Source: Macrostomum lignano
Lineage: Eukaryota
Reading direction: 5' to 3'
Length of the DNA stretch: 64,000 bases
Assembly (NCBI GenBank): GCA_002269645.1
Contig: NIVC01000070.1
Location: 248,001-312,000, forward strand
Translations under genes and position numbers: made by a program
Shown here: piece by piece, positions 13,320 to 34,316 of the stretch
Layout of the letters: every line of letters starts with the position of its first letter
How positions within the stretch are numbered: position 1 is the first letter of the stretch
Notes under the pieces: model-generated
Seen by the model: only the letters and a program-made list of their open reading frames with translations
What the model was told of the DNA's origin: nothing
The model's database searches: none

Positions 13320-15946
13320 ATGTCGACAGAAACCTATCGGAACATGAGCCTGTATGGCAACCCCTACCCGGAGCAGATTCACGAGATACCGCTGAATCTG
13401 ATGAACAAACTGTGCAAATCCTTGGATTTCGAGGATAAAAAGGACAAACTTGGTGAGTAGATAAGTTCTTGCTGGACTAAAGTGTACCTTTTTATGCATC
13501 TATTTACACCTATGTACATAAAATCCATCTATTTTATCTACTTCCTCTTTCTATCTACACATCCATCTACTCTAACTATTGTATTACTAATCATATACCT
13601 CATCTACTCATCCATGTACCCATCTACTCATTCATCTACTCCATCTATTTATCTATCTACCCATCTACTTATCCATCTACCCCCATCTACATGTACTTAT
13701 CCATCTCCCCCATTAAAGAATCCGTCCTCTAAGCTCTCCGCTGCACTCTACCCTATGTAAATATCTACCCGTGAAAATAGGCAATTTACCGACACCATGA
13801 AAATGCCAAACAAAAACTCCAACACCCCCAACCAGCCCGAGCTCTCGGCTACGAGAGGTCGCAGTTTCGCCAGTTCGAACGTCACGGCCTGTCGTTCTCG
13901 CGAAGCCTCCTGCAGGACTGGAGCTGCCGCCGGGGCAGCATCAAGGTGTTGTACACCGAGCTGGTCAGGGCCAAACTCATTGAGGAGGCGCTCATGATAC
14001 AGCCTTATGGTTGGTGAAAGAGTAGCATATGAGTTGGTGACTGAAGAAGTTCTTGTTGATGTGTTGGTGACCGAAAAGTTTCTTGTTGATGCGTTGGTGC
14101 TTGAAGAAGTTCTTGTTGATGTGTTGGTGACTGAAGAAGTTCTTGTTGATGCGTTGGTGCTTGAAGAAGTTCTTGTTGATGTGTTGGTGACTGAAGAAGT
14201 TCTTGTTGATGCGTTGGTGCCTGAAGAAGTTCTTGTTGATGTGTTGGTGACTGAAGAAGTTCTTGTTGATGCGTTGGTGCCTGAAGAAGTTCTTGTTGAT
14301 GTGTTGGTGACTGAAGAAGTTCTTGTTGATGTGTTGGTGACTGAAAAGTTTCTTGTTGATGCGTTGGTGACTGAAGAAGTTCTTGTTGATGTGTTGGTGA
14401 CTGAAGAAGTTCTTGTTGATGTGTTGGTGACTGAAGAAGTTCTTGTTGATGCGTTGGTGCTTGAAGAAGTTCTTGTTGATGTGTTGGTGACTGAAGAAGT
14501 TCTTGTTGATGTGTTGGTGACTGAAGAAGTTCTTGTTGATGTGTTGGTGCCTGAAGAAGTTCTTTTAGATGCGTTGGTGACCGAAAAGTTTCTTGTTGAT
14601 GTGTTGTTGACTGAAGAAGTTCTTGTTGATGTGTTGGTGACTGAAGAAGTTCTTGTTGATGTGTTGGTGACTGAAGAAGTTCTTGTAGATGCGTTGGTGA
14701 CCGAAAAGTTTCTTGTTGATGCGTTGGTGCTTGAAGAAGTTCTTGTTGATGTGTTGTTGACTGAAGAAGTTCTTGTTGATGTGTTGGTGACTGAAGAAGT
14801 TCTTGTTGATGTGTTGGTGACTGAAGAAGTTCTTGTTGATGTGTTGGTGCCTGAAGAAGTTCTTGTAGATGTGTTGGTGACTGAAGAAGTTCTTGTTGAT
14901 GTGTTGGTGACTGAAGAAGTTCTTGTTGATGTGTTGGTGACTGAAGAAGTTCTTGTTGATGTGTTGGTGACTGAAGAAGTTCTTGTTGATGTGTTGGTGA
15001 CTGAAGAAGTTCTTGTTGATGTGTTGGTGACTGAAGAAGTTCTTGTTGATGCGTTGGTGCCTGAAGAAGTTCTTGTTGATGTGTTGGTGACTGAAGAAGT
15101 TCTTGTTGATGTGTTGGTGACCGAAAAGTTTCTTGTTGATGTGTTGGTGACTGAAGAAGTTCTTGTTGATGTGTTGGTGACTGAAGAAGTTCTTGTTGAT
15201 GCGTTGGTGCTTGAAGAAGTTCTTGTTGATGTGTTGGTGACTGAAGAAGTTCTTGTTGATGTGTTGGTGACTGAAAAGTTTCTTGTTGATGCGTTGGTGA
15301 CTGAAGAAGTTCTTGTTGATGTGTTGGTGACTGAAGAAGTTCTTGTAGATGCGTTGGTGCCTGAAGAAGTTCTTGTTGATGTGTTGGTGCCTGAAGAAGT
15401 TCTTGTTGATGTGTTGGTGACTGAAGAAGTTCTTGTTGATGTGTTGGTGCCTGAAGAAGTTCTTGTTGATGTGTTGGTGCCTGAAGAAGTTCTTGTTGAT
15501 GTGTTGGTGCCTGAAGAAGTTCTTGTTGATGTGTTGGTGCCTGAAGAAGTTCTTGTTGATGTGTTGGTGACTGAAGAAGTTCTTGTTGATGTGTTGGTGC
15601 CTGAAGAAGTTCTTGTTGATGTGTTGGTGACTGAAGAAGTTCTTGTTGATGCGTTGGTGACCGAAAAGGTTCTTGTTGATGTGTTGGTGACTGAAGAAGT
15701 TCTTGTTGATCTGCTGGTGACTGAAGAATGATCGCTAAAATCAGTTGGTGGCTGAAGAAGTTCTTGTTGATGTATTGGTGGCTGAAGAAGTTCCTGTTGA
15801 TTCGTTGGTACCAATATCCCTGAACCTACAAACTTCCAGTGAGGCCAGTGGCCAGGATTAAGATCCCAGTTCAAGGTTGGGACAAGGAGACCTCGACGGA
15901 AGATCTCGGCTTCGACCTGAAGTACCTTGTGGTCCGAGATGATTAA
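13320..15946 (+). CDS. Small death-domain-only protein (137 aa)
   Basis: Exons 13320-13452, 13836-14009, 15840-15946 (both introns phase 1, GT-AG; 414 nt). Translation: MSTETYRNMSLYGNPYPEQIHEIPLNLMNKLCKSLDFEDKKDKLARALGYERSQFRQFERHGLSFSRSLLQDWSCRRGSIKVLYTELVRAKLIEEALMIQPYVRPVARIKIPVQGWDKETSTEDLGFDLKYLVVRDD*. The pattern LC..LD....LA..LG......F......LL.DW....G....L...L matches death domains (Tube/Pelle/IRAK-like by eye). Confidence 0.8.
13505..13715. repeat. Degenerate (ATCT/CATCTAC)-rich low-complexity tract
   Basis: Visible within intron 1 of the death-domain gene. Confidence 0.75.
14030..15795. repeat. 30-bp minisatellite (GTTGGTGACTGAAGAAGTTCTTGTTGATGT)n, roughly 58 units
   Basis: Fills intron 2 of the death-domain gene; source of the 574-aa and 708-aa repeat ORFs. 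Confidence 0.98.
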
Positions 15947-16749
15947 TTATCGACAGCATCAATTAATTAATGATTGTAATTTTAAATAATGCGCTTAGAA
16001 TTTGTTTTAAATGACGCTTTGTAAACAAATTCAAACTTGATTTTAAATGTGTTGCACAAGCCCTCAACCACTCTTTCACAATGGGTATAAGTACCGATAT
16101 GAATGTACATAAACCAGCATTTCAACGACCCATAATACACTCAGACCCAGTTGCTCTCAGATACAAAATTGACCAGATTTTTCCAGAGAATAAATGCAAA
16201 TAACTCGGTGAGACCAGAACTTTGCTGTTTTTTGATCATGCATCCTTAGAGTCCCGAATCAATTCTTTGGCAAAACACAAGCCTCACTAATTTTAGTGGT
16301 ATTTGTAGAATTTTAGCTATTAGAAACTTATTACACTTCATCTGCTTAAAATACTACTCACTAATTTTATTATATAGGCACACAAATGCAAATTGAAACT
16401 TTATGGAATCTGTCCTACTTTAATTAAAAGAAAAAACAATTTCTCTAAGTGACAAAAGGCTTAAATTTGCACTTGAATGAAAAGGTTAAAATCTTTAATG
16501 ACAATATATTCTAGTTTAATCATACATTCACAGATATGGGCATTGAATGAATATTTGCAGCTAAGTTTAGCGAAGTTTAGATTACACGGATATGAGTATT
16601 GCAATGACTTGAGGCCGATAAAACACACCAACTCATAATTGATGGGTTTAGTGGCAAAAACTATTTGATGGAAAAACTTTAGCTGAAAAAACTAATTCAC
16701 AGTGAGTTACAGCTCTATATGAGTGTTGTATGAGTTCAAGTTGCCGGCT

Positions 16750-17690
16750 CCACATCTGGTCACTCCAGCTCCATTTAGTCACTCTAGTCAATCTATTCAC
16801 TCCAGCTCCATATCTGGATTCTGGTCACTCTAGATCTACTAGTGTATCTCGTCACTCCAGATCTACATCTCGTCACTCCAGTTCTACACATCTCGTCACT
16901 TCAGATCTACACATCTCGTCACTTCAGTTCTACACATCTCGTCACTTCAGATCTACACATCTCGTCACTTCAGTTCTACACATCTCGTCACTTCAGATCT
17001 ACACATCTCGTCACTTCAGATCTACACATCTCATCACTTCAGATCTACACATCTCGTCACTTCAGATCTACACATCTCGTCACTCCAGTTCTACACATCT
17101 CGTCACTTCAGATCTACACATCTCGTCACTTCAGTTCTACACATCTCGTCACTTCAGATCTACACATCTCGTCACTTCAGTTCTACACATCTCGTCACTT
17201 CAGATCTACACATCTCGTCACTTTAGTTCTACACATCTCGTCACTCCAGTTCTACACATCTCGTCACTTCAGATCTACACATCTCGTCACTCCAGTTCTA
17301 CACATCTCGTCACTTCAGATCTACACATCTCATCACTTCAGATCTACATCTCGTCACTTCAGATCTACATCTCGTCACTCCAGCTATACACATCTCGTCA
17401 CTTCAGTTCTACACATCTCGTCACTCCAGTTCTACACATCTCGTCACTCCAGTTCTACACATCTCGTCACTCCAGATCTACATCTCGTCACTTCAGATCT
17501 ACATATCTCGTCACTTCAGATCTACACATCTCGTCACTCCAGATCTACATCTCGTCACTTCAGATCTACATATCTCGTCACTTCAGATCTACACATCTCG
17601 TCACTCCAGATCTACATCTCGTCACCTCAGATCTACATATCTCGTCACTTCAGATCTACACATCTCATCACTTCAGATCTACATATCTCG

Positions 17691-17697
<7 letters not shown>
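16750..17697. repeat. 23-bp minisatellite (CTCGTCACTTCAGATCTACACAT)n with 21-bp variants
   Basis: Direct tandem units immediately 3' of the FBXO21-like stop codon. Confidence 0.96.
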
Positions 17698-27536
<9,839 letters not shown>

Positions 27537-27769
27537 CTGTGTGAGTATAAGACCGAATGTTAATCATAACTCCCTGCTGTCTCTAAACCTGATGAACTTG
27601 TTAGTAAGCAGGAATTAACGTTGAAAATGTCGATTTTTTTGCTAGCTAGAATCAAAGCTTAGTCACCAGATTTAAGGCCTATTCACGAGATCAATGTCAC
27701 AAATTTTGTCTCATTAAGTCTCATTAAGATTCATTGATTAGATTCAAGACTCCTTCACAATATTCACGA

Positions 27770-28310
27770 CTCATTCACAAGTTTTAATAAAACTAATTTA
27801 GAAAACTTGGGACACATTCACAAAATTTAAGGCTCATTCACAAGATTTAGGACCCATTCACAAGATTTAAAACAGATTCACAAGATTTCAGACTAGTTCT
27901 TCACAAGATTTAATACACCTTCACAAGATTTCAGACTAGTTCTTCACAAGATTTAATACACATTCAAAATATTTCAGACTAGTTCTTCACAAGATTTAAT
28001 ACACATTCACAAAATTTCAGACTAGTTCTTCACAAGATTTAATACACATTCACAAGATTGAAGACCCAATCACAAAATTTAAGACACATTCACAAGATTT
28101 AAGACCCATTCAGAGAATTTAAGACTCATTCAAACTATTAAAGACCCATTCACAAGATTTCCGACTAGTTCTTCACAAGATTTAGGACTTATTCACAAGA
28201 TTTAGGACTTATTCACAAGATTTAGGTCCCATTCACAAGATTCAGACTCATTCACAATATTTAACACAAATTCACAAGATTTACCAACACAAATCACAAG
28301 TCTTCATAAG
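27770..28310. repeat. Degenerate tandem repeat with CATTCACAAGATTT core
   Basis: Repeated TTCACAAGATTT motifs at ~21-25 bp spacing upstream of the F-box exon. Confidence 0.8.
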
Positions 28311-28534
28311 AAATCTTACCTATGAGCTGCAATTGCAATAATAAAATAAACGAAATAATTAAAAAAGATATTGATATCACTATTTGCATTAAACTTATTA
28401 CTGATTTCTTTCAGAGAAAAAGCTGTTATATTTATACATCTACAAGTGTCTGGTCCATTAAAGAAACAAAGAAAAAGAGATAACAGTGGCAATAAAATAA
28501 TGAATAGGAATAACAAGAAGTCAATAATTTGCTA

Positions 28535-28900
28535 ATCTGGGTGACATGTAAGCACAGGGAAAGGCGGACTAACGCACCACGCTGCAAGCTATCCCGCACG
28601 GCTGTCCCCTGTTCTTCCTTCCGCAGGGACATCAGGGCGGTGACCATGGCCCCCTCAGCTTTGCCAGGCATTGCTATCTCCGGTGTTGAGAATGCGGAGC
28701 ACTTCATCCGTGAATGCTCAACCACCGAGAATCTCTGCAAGCTCGTCCGCTACCTACGGATGGGCTACGGGGCGAGCGACAGTCCACCTCCTGGACTCTC
28801 CGGGGGGGAGGGGGACCGCAGCACCAGCTGCCTGTGGTTGCCAGGGCTTATAGCGGTATATCCGGGATGCCCAAAACCCCCTGCAGCTGAGTCAAATAAT
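28535..28900 (+). mobile_element. Internally deleted 3'-end remnant of the same LINE family
   Basis: Collinear blocks match 21335-21895 (AAGCACAGGGA, CGCAGGGACATCAGGGCGG, GAGAATGCGGAGCACTTCATC, CGAGAATCTCTGC..GCTCGTCCGCTACCTA, CCCCCTGCAGCT.AGTCAA) with intervening segments missing. Confidence 0.9.
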
Positions 28901-29475
28901 TCACCAGTTCACTGTGCTCCATTCAATACGCAACTAGAAACGCTGGCTGTCAAGAAAGTGCACCAGTGCACTATAAATAACAGAATAACTATTTACAGGG
29001 AAAAAGAAACTGCTATTACAGAATCTGCAAGCCGGTATTCACAGAATACAAATAGCTGTAAGATTAAAAATATTTTTTTATTCTTTAAAAAGAGACAGAA
29101 ACACACGCGGCACTACTCACGGAAATCGTTCGCGATAGTAGTAATATGACAACATCGGTTTCTTTGAAATTTTAAATTAAAGTATCTAAACAAAAGTCCA
29201 AGATTAAATTGAAAGAGAAGTTCTGAACGCAAATATTGGAATAAAGCAACTGACCTACAAATCTCCAATTCTAATAAAATTCAACTCAATGGTGTTGGAG
29301 CATTCATTAATAATATCTCCTGAGCAGTGCCCGAACATCATGGTGTGTGTAACGTGTGAACTTAAAAATATTATTTTCTGCTTGCTCAGATGACCAAAAA
29401 TTTTAGCAGGGGAGCCCGCCGGGCAGGTTGGGGGGATTTAAGACAGGGAGACTCATCTGGACAGCTGGGCCCGGC

Positions 29476-29635
29476 TCAGCTGTGCATCTCGAAGGGTCCC
29501 ACGGCCGCGCCAGCTCGGCGGCGCAGATCGTCAAAGTTGATGCCGGGCACTTTGAAGTGGTTCTCCAGCACCGTGTCGTTGCTGTTGTACCCGAACACCT
29601 GCGGGTTCCCGGTGTTTATGGCGGGTATGTGCCTG

Positions 29636-29691
<56 letters not shown>

Positions 29692-29784
29692 TGGACAGAC
29701 AGACAGATGGACAGACAGACAGACACACACACAGACAGACAGACAGACAGACAGGCGGATAGACAGACAGACAGACAGACAGGC

Positions 29785-29817
<33 letters not shown>

Positions 29818-29896
29818 GGCAGACAGACAGACAGACAGACAGACAGGCAGACAGACAGACAGACAGACAGGCAGACAGAGAGGCAGACAGACAGAC

Positions 29897-29930
<34 letters not shown>

Positions 29931-29956
29931 GCAGACAGAGAGGCAGACAGACAGAC

Positions 29957-29990
<34 letters not shown>

Positions 29991-32001
29991 GCTCACCTTC
30001 TGCCGGCACTCGTAGGCGGTCACATTGAACTGGAAGGCCAGGCCCAGCACCACATTAAGCGCCGACATGTCGTAGAAATGGCAGCCGCTGTATTTAAAAT
30101 ACGGCGGCCTGTTGAAGTCGCAGCCGCTCTGATGCGCCCCCAACGGCTGCCAGCAGTCAGAGTTGAGCGCGCACTTCACCCAGGGCAGCATGACCCTGGT
30201 GTGCAGGAACTCCGTATAGTACAGCACCAGGTGCGCGGAGGCCACCATGTGCAGAAAGTAGAAATCTCTGGGGTCGGCATTCAGATAGGCGAACGTCTGC
30301 GGTGCGTGAGCGCGGAGGCTGGCGGCGGGATGGTCCAGGCCTGAATGCCGACCCGCCTGGCAGCTGTCAGGGTCGGGGCGATCTCCTCAGCGTCCACCAC
30401 AAAGTAGTAGGGAGTGCGGCGCAGGTCTGACCAGATCACTCCGCCATAGTCTTTTAGTAGCATTTGGATTGCCAGCGGTTTGAAAGCATTGGTGCCGGTG
30501 CTCTGCACGTGCGAAGGGAACTTGTCGAAATCGAACGCTTCGATTCGACACCTGAATAGCGAGTTAAGGGGGGGACAACAAGGGTGTAGGCGTGAACAGC
30601 ATGGCATGACAACAACAACATGCAGTAGCCTAGTGGTATTATGCTAGCGGCCCAGGCTCGATTCCCAGTTCAGTCGCATTAATTTGAGGCTAAATTGAAA
30701 TCTCGGCTTGGCTCTGCTATTGTCGACACGGCATGTTTTACAGGGGGTTGTAGCCTAGTGGTTAGAGCGTCGGACTCAAGACTTGAAGGTCGTGGGTTCG
30801 ATTCCCGGTCACACTGGAACATTTTGTGTCCTTGAGCAAGACACTTAACTCTGCATTGCTTCAGTTCACCCAGCTGTAAAATGCGTGCCAGCATTAGCTG
30901 AGGTGACTGAGGGTGTGTGTGGCACCCCCCCCTTGGACTGAACAGCCGTACGCAGCCTTCAGATGCGCCGCGCAATAGCTGCAGGTTGAGCTGTCGGTTG
31001 CACATCTGGCTCAATCGGGGCAGGTGTAATCAATTATTATTACTAATTACTAATTATAAATTAGGGCCGCTGTACACTTCCGTGTGAGTGTGCGTATGAC
31101 TGCGTACGTCAGCCGAATGGGCAGTAATGCCTCTCGCCGCTTTTGTGACAATGTCGCCCTGCTTCTAATACAGTTTGCCTCAGACTGACCTTGTAGTGAC
31201 ATTGCATCGCTTCTTCAGCTTATTCAGATCGGACATGTGCAGGCCGGTGTCCATCAGCACCAGAAGCGTATCGTTCAGGTTGGCCCGCACCGAGTCCAGC
31301 AGATCGAACGCGTACACATAGTCGCTAGTCGAAACGCTTGAAGCAACAATGAAGCCAAGACTGCCGGCATCTTTTGCTAATTTAAAGTTTCCCTCCTGCT
31401 TCTGCTGCTGTTTGGAAGAGGAGGCTGAGGCTGCCGCAGGGTGGGATTCGAACCTACCCAACAGGCCCAGATACTCCAAGTAGGTCTCGTCGGCGTCAAG
31501 GTCGCCAACGGCACTGCGAGAGCCGCCAACTGCGCTTCCGGCAGCCGCGTTGATGCCGCCGCGGATGGCGCTGACGCCGGTGTGAATCCGCTTGTTGGTG
31601 TCCTGCACAAACGACTCCAGCTGGGGGAACGGCCGGAACAGCAGGTACAGCGTGAGGTTGGTGATCAGAATTAGCATGAGAAGTAGCAGGGGCCGGCGGA
31701 ACCGGGGCATGCTACCGGAGATGAGCATTGAGTACAGGCTGCTGGCTTCCCTGACTATAGTGCGACGGCTGTCAGCGAATCGGCCGCTTTTGCTGCTACT
31801 AGGAGGAGAAGAAGAAGAAGAAGAAGAAGCGATAGCAGAAGTGGCAGCGGCGGAGGCGGCAGCGTCAGTCAGAGGCTCCCGGCAGCGGGAATCCGAGTCG
31901 CAATCCGAGTCCGATTCGTCGCTGCTGCTGTCAATCAGTTTGCGACTGGCGGCGGAGTCGGCGGCGGCGGCAGAAGCAGAAGACTGGCTCAAAGCAGACA
32001 T
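29476..32001 (-). CDS. DUF1647-like type II membrane protein (possible glycosyltransferase-like); one clear 1-nt frameshift and a phase mismatch
   Basis: Exon 32001-31190 (low-complexity N-terminus, [22 protein letters not shown]); exon 30551-29997 ([23 protein letters not shown][P][26 protein letters not shown]); exon 29632-29476. Family recalled from motif pattern, not searched. Frameshift near 30301. Confidence 0.7.
29636..29990. repeat. (AGAC)n microsatellite forming almost the whole intron 29633-29996
   Basis: Directly visible. Confidence 0.98.
30743..31057 (+). mobile_element. tRNA-derived SINE
   Basis: A-box TAGCCTAGTGG (30751), B-box GGTTCGATTCC (~30795), central GTGTCCTTGAGCAAGACACTTAAC...CACCCAGCTGTAAAATG, and an ATT/ACTAATT tail. 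No TSD identified. Confidence 0.85.
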
Positions 32002-34316
32002 GAAACTTGGCCAAGCAATTTGGATTGAGAAAAATTCTGGATAAAGAGATTCGCAACTGAGCCCCGCCTAAAGCTGACAAGGGCTGCCAGATTGAGGTTC
32101 AAATCTAATAAAAATTTCTACTCAGAAAACTCTGATTTTAACCAGCTGCTCTTTGATTTTGCACAGACAGTTTTGATTTAATAGAAGGCTGCAGGCGCAT
32201 GCAAAAAAGTTAGTAACAATACAAATAAATCATAGTTAGTTTTCCAATAAAATCTATAATAAAACTTCTAAATTTGACATTTAGCCTAGGTTCAACATTC
32301 TCTTTAAAATCTTGGCTTGATATGCAAGCACTTATATTTGCATGAAGACATTCTCTTGGACAGGTTGTTTGTCAAGCAGTTTAAAAAGCAATTAGACAAA
32401 ATGCAAAATGATATTTTCATATCATCTGTACCTTTTGCATCTTTAAAACTTATCATAATTTTAATTTTGAAATAGTTTTTGAAAAAGTTTGAAACAGATT
32501 GACAAGAAAGTTATAAAAATGCTATAAAAAGTATAAGCAACCAAATGTATTGCTAAAAATCAATACACGAGAGTCTTTTTGCTAAAAATTAATGATAACT
32601 TTATCAATATATTATGGCCACTATTTTTAACTTTCAAATAACAGAAACATGATTAAAATGTTAAATTATTGTTTAGCAAATCAATTCATAATAAATGGTA
32701 TAAAATATGCAAATACATGCTTTAAGATTGAGTACAACTAATTTTATTTTACTATAGGATTTTGATTTGCCAGCCTATACAATACTATACACTTGAGTTT
32801 TGTATAGCAACAGGCCAATTGCCAAACTACTATGCTTCATAAACCACTGAATATACTAGATATTATCTAGATTATTAACTCTATAAAACTTATATAGTTT
32901 TAAAATTTTGATTAGTAATTTTAAAACGACTAACATCAAGGAACAGTGACAATGTGCCTTAAAATATATAATGACATCTGATTTTATTACTCAATGACAT
33001 TGGCAATACATGTTATATAATGGATCTATATACTACTGTGAGTTCCTGACATAACTTTAAGTTGGTAAAGAAAGTTGTCATTTAATTCCTACTATTAACA
33101 GTGCAATACTAAACAATAGCAAAGCAAAAAAGTTTTATATAGGGAGCCTAAATTTGTTACATAAAATTGTATATTTTTAATGAAACACTTAAAGCCTTAT
33201 TATAATTTACTATTATTTATTTAATTATTTAAATTTATTTAATTATAGTGACAACTTTAAAGCATCTATTTAGCATGATCTTCACTATGAACTACATCTA
33301 TCACCTTTAAAAGCTAAATGTCTAAGCACAGGACAAATAGCATGTCAATGTCAATGTCATTGACTTGTACTTTCTGTGGCATGCACATTAGGACTTAAAG
33401 GCAAGGCTATCTGCTTCAAGTAAAGAAATTTTTATGACATCATTATTCCATGTTGTGTATGCCATGGCGCCATGTCATCGGCATGTAATGTCAGAACATT
33501 GTGTACTTTACTATCGTTAATTACACAATGTTCAATGGCAAATGTTTATTGGCAGGTTTTCCAACTGTTGATGTTTGTTGACTAAAATATAATTTATATT
33601 TCCCAATGATATGATTGGGCCTTGTATAGAGTAAGGCTAATACCGACACTGCCATTCTTCTTTATTTACTCAGTTGCGTTTTTATTTAATGGAAACCATT
33701 CAAACCGACAAGATATTTCTTTAACACACGCAGCAAAATGGCGCCAAAACGGTAAGTTGCTTATACAGTCAGTTACATATTGTCAGCCTTGTATAGCTTA
33801 TAAAAGCTTTGTTTGTAAGAAAATGAATTTTAGCTAAATTTCTAATTACATTTTTAAAAGAAGAAAAATCATTTTGTTTTTTTAACTTACTACCGTGTGT
33901 TTTAAAAAGCCAAGGACAATTACACCATACTACGCTCGTACTATTACCAATCTGTACTGTACTCTTCTGATATATTCAGTTTATGATTTTCAAATTCAAG
34001 TTCGTGAAGTTAAAAAAAAGATTGATAATCGAGTATGGCGAGACTGAGACATGCAAAGCTTGGAGATGTCGATCACTACTGGTCGTATTTCAATGAGTGC
34101 ATGTATTATTGAAGCTAAACCAGACAGAATAAATGTAAACATTATCCAATACTCGTATTAATGCTTATTTATAGCTAAAAAATAAAATGCACGTAGGCGA
34201 ATCCTAATACATTGGTCACAAGCACGTGCAAACTTCCGGCCGAATGATGATGTACACGTCTGCAGTTCAGTTAAAATGTGCCCCATTTCCCGGGACTTCG
34301 ATGATGTGGGAATCAG

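Noticed and set aside
14007-15731. 574-aa (EEVLVDVLVT)n ORF
   Set aside because: It is the 30-bp array inside a well-supported intron.
13860-15920. Minus-strand spliced gene using 15920-15840 and 14010-13770
   Set aside because: The plus-strand model gives a recognisable domain, consistent phases and a clean stop; the minus model gives none of these.
30743-30815. tRNA-Leu(CAA)-like gene
   Set aside because: The acceptor stem does not pair, there is no long variable arm, and it continues into a SINE body and tail.
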